Translations under genes and position numbers: made by a program
In this document: in pieces, positions 1-4,945 of the stretch
How the letters are laid out: every line of letters begins with the position of its first letter
Numbering within the stretch: the first letter of the stretch is position 1
DNA from: Methanomicrobiales archaeon
GTDB lineage: Archaea > Halobacteriota > Methanomicrobia > Methanomicrobiales > Methanospirillaceae
Length of the DNA stretch: 11,201 nucleotides
Assembly (NCBI GenBank): GCA_037137755.1
Contig: JBAXJR010000061.1
Coordinates: 1-11,201, forward strand
Direction: 5' to 3'
Notes under the pieces: generated by a model
What the model was told of the DNA's origin: nothing
What the model saw: the letters and a program-made list of their open reading frames with translations, nothing else
Databases searched by the model: none

Positions 1-61
1 TCTTGGTCGTAAGAGTACGGACCGACCGCTTGACATTTGCCTTCTGAATGAAATCAGACAT
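1..61 (-). CDS. 5' fragment of a hypothetical protein (MSDFIQKANVKRSVRTLTTK...), truncated by the window edge
   Basis: Manual translation of the minus strand: ATG at 61, preceded by CAGGAGATAAAACAA (GGAG RBS), frame open to base 1. From memory, the N-terminus resembles the 'M(A/S)DF(V/I)QK..VK..VR.L' hypothetical proteins of Methanomicrobiales; not verified. Confidence 0.7.
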   Translation of the reverse strand, partial: MSDFIQKANVKRSVRTLTTK

Positions 62-220
62 TTGTTTTATCTCCTGCCCCTTTTGGGACGTAAAAAGGGT
101 AGGAAGGGGAATTAGAAAATAAGGGAGGGAAACGTCGCCTGAAAGGGATAAAAGATAATCGCTGAATACCGGATCCTTTCCGGAAAAGAGAAAAATTATT
201 CACAGGTCCGGGTCCACCCG

Positions 221-230
221 AACAAAAAAA
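221..230 (-). terminator. Possible oligo-T terminator of the LTD-domain gene
   Basis: Minus strand reads TTTTTTTGTT starting 18 nt after the stop at 248. Oligo-T tracts are the usual archaeal terminators. Confidence 0.35.
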
Positions 231-247
231 TGTATTATAGAATGTAT

Positions 248-1297
248 CTATGCGCTGATTCTTCCTACAAGTTGCCCCTGGGGGTTATAGAGTGAAGCAG
301 TGTCCCCATTCTGGTTCCAGAAATCAGTACCGTACGGGTAATAGAGCTCACTGGCCGAAACCATACCTTCTCTTCCAAAGTAAACGGTAATGGTTGAATA
401 CGGGTTGAGCACGTAGGTGAAGGTTGTTCCACCACCCAGGGGGAAGTCAATAAAGTTGAGGGAGTTTCCCTGGCTGTTTGTTATCTTCCAGCCCGTCATA
501 ACAACCGGGGTTGACCCCGAATTGGTGATCCGCACGTACTTCCCAGGCAGATTCAGTTCTGGCAGAGATACCCCTGTACTCTGACCAGGTACCACCGTTG
601 GTGAAATGGTGGGGTATGCCGTAGGCATTGTTGATGGTATGTAATAGCGGGTAGGCGGTATGGTGATAGGTGCCTGGGTGGGGAATGCGGTAGGCATTGT
701 TGACGGTATGTAATGCGGTGTAGCCGGTATAGTGATCGGTTTATAGTATATAATAGGGTAACCGGTGGGGTATACCGTTGGTGTCATCGGAAGTGATGTT
801 CCCGTTACCGTTGGGTTAATTGGCACATAACCATTGGTATTATAGCTTCTAAATAGTCTGATCCGATCTGCCTGGCTAAGCGCTGAAGGATGAGTAGTAG
901 TAGCAGCCTGCTTTGCAATCATCTTCCCATAGGCAATAATCTGCTCCGGTGTGTCAGGAATTAACCACGCGGTATTGTCAGATGGTACATATGTCGGTGT
1001 TGTTATGGGGAAGGTTCCAGAACTATCAGCGGGAACAGTCGGCACAGTCCATGCATTTTTCGATGTCGCCTTAAACCATGCCATAATATCCTCAACAGAA
1101 CCGGGAGTTAACCAGGCCCAGGAAGGGTTGTCATTTGTTGGGGAAGTGGGTGTTACCCAGAATGGGTCCTCACTCGCAGGGGAAGTGGGTGTTACCCAGA
1201 ACGGATCCTCACTTGCGGATACCGTTACGATGGAGAATCCTATAATGAGAAGGATCCCGAATATAAGACCAATATTGGCCATTTTACTCATTTTCAT
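248..1297 (-). CDS. Secreted/cell-surface Pro/Thr-rich protein with C-terminal lamin tail (LTD)-like domain
   Basis: 349-aa ORF with GAGGT RBS. Basic N-terminus, hydrophobic stretch and VSA cleavage site indicate a signal peptide. Long P/T-rich linker. C-terminal ~110 aa show the LTD pattern (YVRITNSGSTPVVMTGWKI ... WNQNGDTASLYNPQGQLV). Confidence 0.85.
   Translation of the reverse strand: MKMSKMANIGLIFGILLIIGFSIVTVSASEDPFWVTPTSPASEDPFWVTPTSPTNDNPSWAWLTPGSVEDIMAWFKATSKNAWTVPTVPADSSGTFPITTPTYVPSDNTAWLIPDTPEQIIAYGKMIAKQAATTTHPSALSQADRIRLFRSYNTNGYVPINPTVTGTSLPMTPTVYPTGYPIIYYKPITIPATPHYIPSTMPTAFPTQAPITIPPTRYYIPSTMPTAYPTISPTVVPGQSTGVSLPELNLPGKYVRITNSGSTPVVMTGWKITNSQGNSLNFIDFPLGGGTTFTYVLNPYSTITVYFGREGMVSASELYYPYGTDFWNQNGDTASLYNPQGQLVGRISA
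608..739 (-). repeat. Intragenic tandem repeat, 69-nt (23-aa) period, 2 copies
   Basis: PITIPATPHYIPSTMPTAFPT (677-739) and PITIPPTRYYIPSTMPTAYPT (608-670); DNA similarity is visible by eye. Confidence 0.9.
1139..1216 (-). repeat. Intragenic tandem repeat, 39-nt period, 2 copies encoding identical ASEDPFWVTPTSP
   Basis: Copies at 1178-1216 and 1139-1177 differ at 4 of 39 nt, all third-codon positions. Confidence 0.95.
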
Positions 1298-1567
1298 TGT
1301 TATACCTCTTGATATTTCGTAAAGGACAGGAATATTCAGATTCCTGACCGATAGGACATCATTGCACCATGACTACTAATACCCATGGGAACAAAACAAA
1401 ATTTGGAACATCCGATGCAAAACGAATATCTTCCATAAGTGACAAAAAACTCGCAGGGCACCTCACCCCAAGCCCATACATCGGAATCGGGTTTTTAATC
1501 ATAGGACATACATGCCGCGGTAGTAAGCGGATATTATAAAACTATAGTAAATTAAACGAGGAACAGA

Positions 1568-1738
1568 TTATTTTTTAATTGCAGCCTTCACCCTGGCCAT
1601 GACATCCGGAGGAATCGTCTCCATCTTGTGAGCACTTTTGGCGTGTTCTGCAATCTTTTTCATCAGTTCGGCTTCTGAAGGAGCTGTTGTTTCAAACTTA
1701 CAGTCCATACCGATATCTTTGCATGCGAATGACGGCAT
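1568..1738 (-). CDS. Small predicted metal-binding protein, DUF1059-like (56 aa)
   Basis: MPSFACKDIGMDCKF...EAELMKKIAEHAKSAH...IPPD matches the DUF1059 pattern (C-x-D-x-G-x-x-C-x-F ... E-E-L ... H-x4-H). The ATG at 1738 has a GGTGT RBS, so it is preferred over the track start at 1789. Confidence 0.88.
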   Translation of the reverse strand: MPSFACKDIGMDCKFETTAPSEAELMKKIAEHAKSAHKMETIPPDVMARVKAAIKK

Positions 1739-1758
1739 TTTTTTACACCATGTGGACA

Positions 1759-1783
1759 TTATGTTATCTACATAAAAAACTTC
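1759..1783 (-). promoter_or_regulatory. Likely TATA box of the DUF1059-like gene, overlapped by an inverted repeat TTATGT-N5-ACATAA
   Basis: Minus strand reads GAAGTTTTTTATGTAGATAACATAA about 20-45 nt upstream of the ATG. Inverted-repeat arms are at 1759-1764 and 1770-1775. Confidence 0.4.
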
Positions 1784-1904
1784 CTGCATGATTCAATATT
1801 CAAAAATGAATGCATCACAATGTTTGTTGAAATTGAAACCGACCTGTTCCATGTAAACGACAAGATGACGAAAGAACTATGGCCTGACTCTGTAAGAGGA
1901 ATAT

Positions 1905-2771
1905 ATGGCCACGCAGTTATCACTTACCGTTCTGGTCGATAATAATACCCTGATAGATCATTATTTTTCCGGAGAGCCGGGGCTCTCTTTTCTTATTAGA
2001 ACGCAGGGTAAGAAGATTCTTTTCGATACAGGCTATTCAGATCTCTTTTTAAAAAATGCACAGGGTCTTGGTGAGGACCTTCTTGACCTGGACATGGTTG
2101 TGCTATCACATGGTCATCTCGATCATACCGGTGGGCTCCCCGATCTGGTCCGCCACCTGACCCGGGCCATTATAGAAGAGATTCCAGCCAGGATACCAAC
2201 AGTAATTGCCCATCCCTATTGCTTTTACCCGCGTCCTAAACTACCAGTCCCGAATATAGGCACAATAGTATCAGAAGATGAATTGGGAAGACACTTCTCA
2301 GTAGTGACATCAACAAGCCCTCGATGGCTTACCGACGACCTTGTTTTTTTAGGACAAATCGAGCGGAAATTTGATTTTGAACATGCAGGCGCGGGAAAAA
2401 GGAGGATTTTGATGCCTGGCGGCAGAATTGAGGAGGATCAACTTCTCGACGATACTGCACTTGCCTTTCGAACCGAAAAAGGATTAGTCATCATCACCGG
2501 TTGTTCGCATTCGGGGATCTGCAACATCGTGGAACATGCGAAAAGGGTGTGTGGCGAGGAACGTGTCATAGACATTATCGGGGGACTCCACCTTCTTGCA
2601 CCGGACCAACCCCGTCTCGAAAAGACGGTTTCATATCTGAGAAATCTGGAACTGAAATCCCTCCACGCCTGTCACTGCACCTCGTTATCATCGAAAATTG
2701 CCCTTTCAACCGGTTGTCCCCTGCAGGAGGTAGGGGTGGGACTGACACTCGGATGGGGTAGTTTCCTATAA
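1905..2771 (+). CDS. MBL-fold metallo-hydrolase (COG1237 / MJ0301-like family)
   Basis: Motifs LVDNN, GLSFLI, ILFDTG, SHGHLDHTGG (HxHxDH), ITGCSHSGICN, IIGGLHL and ACHCT. GAGGA RBS before the ATG. Confidence 0.92.
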   Translation: MATQLSLTVLVDNNTLIDHYFSGEPGLSFLIRTQGKKILFDTGYSDLFLKNAQGLGEDLLDLDMVVLSHGHLDHTGGLPDLVRHLTRAIIEEIPARIPTVIAHPYCFYPRPKLPVPNIGTIVSEDELGRHFSVVTSTSPRWLTDDLVFLGQIERKFDFEHAGAGKRRILMPGGRIEEDQLLDDTALAFRTEKGLVIITGCSHSGICNIVEHAKRVCGEERVIDIIGGLHLLAPDQPRLEKTVSYLRNLELKSLHACHCTSLSSKIALSTGCPLQEVGVGLTLGWGSFL

Positions 2772-2962
2772 TCACCTTTAATTCCTACAGTGAATGACAC
2801 ATTATCATCCACCTGCTCCTGCACGGGATGTATTTCCGGAATATCAGGAAATGCCTGATAATAAAAGAGAAAACAGCATGTGACGTGCCTATCCAGTAAT
2901 CTTTTTTTCCGGACCTCGACTGTCAACAAACAGGGCAGAAGGGTTATGCACAATTGATCATG

Positions 2963-3011
2963 TTTTAAATGATTATGCGCATATGAGTAATTATAGTACG
3001 GGAGACCGTAC
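2963..3011 (+). promoter_or_regulatory. Candidate promoter/5' leader of the Cys/His peptide gene: TATA-like TTTTAAAT, palindrome TATGCGCATA, GNRA-capped hairpin
   Basis: TTTTAAAT at 2963-2970; perfect 10-bp palindrome at 2974-2983; GTACGG-GAGA-CCGTAC at 2996-3011, where a TSS about 25-30 nt from the TATA box would fall. Confidence 0.45.
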
Positions 3012-3026
3012 ACAAGGGTAGACACA

Positions 3027-3263
3027 ATGCCAGAACAAAAAAACAAAACAAACAACGATGAACCAGTTGTGCACGTACAAAAGGGTTGTATCGATGAAAA
3101 AACCTGTGCATGCGGAGAAACGCACGAGCACCATGAAGGTGATGGCAGCCACCGGGAATCCTGCACGTCCCCTCTGAAATTTGGAAATTCCTGCTGCTGC
3201 GAACCCGGTGAAAACGCAGATAATGCGCCCCACCGCTGCGGACACGGGCCCCGCTGCCGATAA
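3027..3263 (+). CDS. Small Cys/His-rich protein (78 aa; 9 Cys, 7 His); metallothionein-like or modified-peptide precursor
   Basis: ATG start in an otherwise empty gap, same strand as both neighbours, promoter-like elements upstream. Strongly biased composition (CAC, HEHH, CCC, CGHGPRC) with only one aromatic residue other than His. Confidence 0.75.
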   Translation: MPEQKNKTNNDEPVVHVQKGCIDEKTCACGETHEHHEGDGSHRESCTSPLKFGNSCCCEPGENADNAPHRCGHGPRCR

Positions 3264-3477
3264 GACCCCGGTCTCCTGCAAGAAGAAGAACGATCACGAA
3301 ATAGTGAACGTGATAGCAGATTACCAGGTGTTCCTGAATATATGAAAAAGATATTCGCAGGTATTTATGGTGACAAGGAGATTTCCGGTACCTGAAAGCC
3401 GGAGCATCCGCACCAGTTTTGCCTTGACCAGAGCCCGCTGATCCAGCAGGCTTCTCCTGTACCATATAATTCCAACT

Positions 3478-4350
3478 ATGACTGAACAACACTCTGAAAA
3501 AGAAGCTGGTTGCGATGAGAACTGCAGCTCATGCTCATCAGCACAATCAACCCATGCCCAAAAAGGGCTTCCACCGCAAGCGAACATCGACGTAAAACAT
3601 GTGATCCTCGTACTCAGCGGCAAGGGTGGTGTTGGTAAATCAACGGTCGCTGTCAACCTCGCCTTTGCACTTTCCAACCACGGAAGGAATACAGGATTAC
3701 TCGACCTTGATTTTCACGGCCCCAGTATTCCGAAAATGCTCGGCATCGAAGACCAGAGGCCTGCTGTGCTGGATAAAGCCCTGGAACCAGTCCATGTCAC
3801 GGGAACCCTCGGGGTTATGTCAATGGCATTCCTGTTACCGGACACGAGCAGCCCGGTCGTATGGAGAGGGCCGATGAAAATGGCTGCGATCCAGCAATTC
3901 CTCAATGAAGTGAACTGGGGCCCGCTTGATTACCTGGTCGTCGATCTTCCACCCGGGACCGGAGATGAGGCACTGAGTATCGCGCAACTGGCGCCGAACC
4001 TGCGTGGTGCGGTCATCGTCACGACACCGCAGGATGTCGCCGTGCTTGATGCCGTCAAAGCAATAAAATTCATCGAAAAACTGGAGATGCCGGTGATCGG
4101 GGTCATCGAGAACATGAGCGGAATGGTCTGTCCACACTGTGGGGGTATGATAGATTTGTTCGGCATGGGTGGCGGGGAGAAAGCGGCACATGATTTCGGC
4201 GTGCCTTACCTGGGAGCAATTCCCCTCGATCCGGAGATGGTGAAAGCAGGCGATGAAGGACGACCCTATATCCTCCGCCATGCCAATACACCCACGTGGA
4301 AAGCGGTTGATGCGGTGATGGAGAACCTGGTAAAAGTGGTTGAGTCTTGA
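3478..4350 (+). CDS. mrp: Mrp/NBP35 (ApbC) family Fe-S cluster carrier ATPase
   Basis: Deviant Walker A SGKGGVGKST, LDLDFHGPSIP, VVWRGP, DLPPGTGD, VTTPQ and ENMS...CPHC, plus an N-terminal Cys-rich extension. Confidence 0.96.
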   Translation: MTEQHSEKEAGCDENCSSCSSAQSTHAQKGLPPQANIDVKHVILVLSGKGGVGKSTVAVNLAFALSNHGRNTGLLDLDFHGPSIPKMLGIEDQRPAVLDKALEPVHVTGTLGVMSMAFLLPDTSSPVVWRGPMKMAAIQQFLNEVNWGPLDYLVVDLPPGTGDEALSIAQLAPNLRGAVIVTTPQDVAVLDAVKAIKFIEKLEMPVIGVIENMSGMVCPHCGGMIDLFGMGGGEKAAHDFGVPYLGAIPLDPEMVKAGDEGRPYILRHANTPTWKAVDAVMENLVKVVES

Positions 4351-4356
4351 AGGAGA

Positions 4357-4367
4357 TCTTCTTTTTT
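4357..4367 (+). terminator. Possible oligo-T terminator after mrp
   Basis: TCTTCTTTTTT begins 7 nt after the stop codon. Confidence 0.4.
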
Positions 4368-4404
4368 AATGGACCTTTGTTGAAGATCGCGTGGAGTGCC
4401 TGGT

Positions 4405-4707
4405 ATGGGAAGATATGCCGCTATCCCCGAACTGCTCGAACAGTTCATGGATGAGAATGAGGCCGATGAGCGGTGGATCACCGTTCACGATCTCCGTGAC
4501 CGGTTCAACCTCACACGGTACCATTGTAACACAGTTTCCGGGTTCCTTCGCAGACTGGGGAACCGCCCATTTAAAGGATCTTCTTTTACGGTCATTAAGA
4601 TTGAGCGTATAACCATTGAGCACCGATCATATCCAAAAATATGCCGGTACCTGGTCAGACGTAAAATTGGTGTTCAGACGGATCACGTCAATGAAAATAT
4701 GGAATAA
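4405..4707 (+). CDS. Hypothetical protein (~100 aa), possibly winged helix-turn-helix
   Basis: ATG at 4405 with GGAG upstream (alternative GTG at 4396). Pattern WITVHDLRDRFNL...TVSGFLRRL followed by two beta-like segments (FTVIKIERI, CRYLVRR). The fold is inferred by eye. Confidence 0.7.
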   Translation: MGRYAAIPELLEQFMDENEADERWITVHDLRDRFNLTRYHCNTVSGFLRRLGNRPFKGSSFTVIKIERITIEHRSYPKICRYLVRRKIGVQTDHVNENME

Positions 4708-4945
4708 TACATTGGATAATTGAGGGATAAATGGATCAAAATAAGCCTCTTACAATCCGGAGAGTCATTCAACAATCATTCTCTAAAAGATCTATTGCAG
4801 ATACTATCAGCACCTTTTTTGCCACTAATACCCCTAGAGTAGTAATGGATCACCGGGCGGACATTATATTCTTCCTCAAATGCTCCTTCATAACCTTTGC
4901 AGACAGCACCAACCCGGATCCCGGAACCAGACACTGGAGCGGTTT

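Noticed and set aside
1139-1216. 39-nt repeats as a mini CRISPR array
   Set aside because: The copies are directly adjacent with no spacer, lie in frame within a CDS, and no cas genes are present.
1327-1509. Inverted repeat CAGGAAT-N6-ATTCCTG (1327-1346), 9-nt direct repeat ATAGGACAT (1351, 1501) and a 40-aa minus-strand ORF upstream of the LTD gene
   Set aside because: Each is short enough to be chance, with no recognisable riboswitch or family pattern.
2842-2860. Hairpin TATCAGG-AAATG-CCTGATA downstream of the MBL gene
   Set aside because: A 7-bp stem with no adjacent plus-strand T tract; no function can be assigned.
3027-3570. Resemblance of the peptide N-terminus (M.EQ, GCIDE, HVQKG) to the Mrp N-terminus (M.EQ, GCDE, HAQKG), suggesting partial duplication
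   Set aside because: The matches are very short and in a different order, and no extended DNA similarity is visible.
2672-3677. Minus-strand ORFs of 164, 175, 96 and 118 aa
   Set aside because: They overlap better-supported plus-strand genes and have no recognisable motifs.
4880-4945. N-terminal 22-aa extension of the kinase
   Set aside because: A good RBS lies directly before ATG 4946, which is followed at once by the first TM segment.
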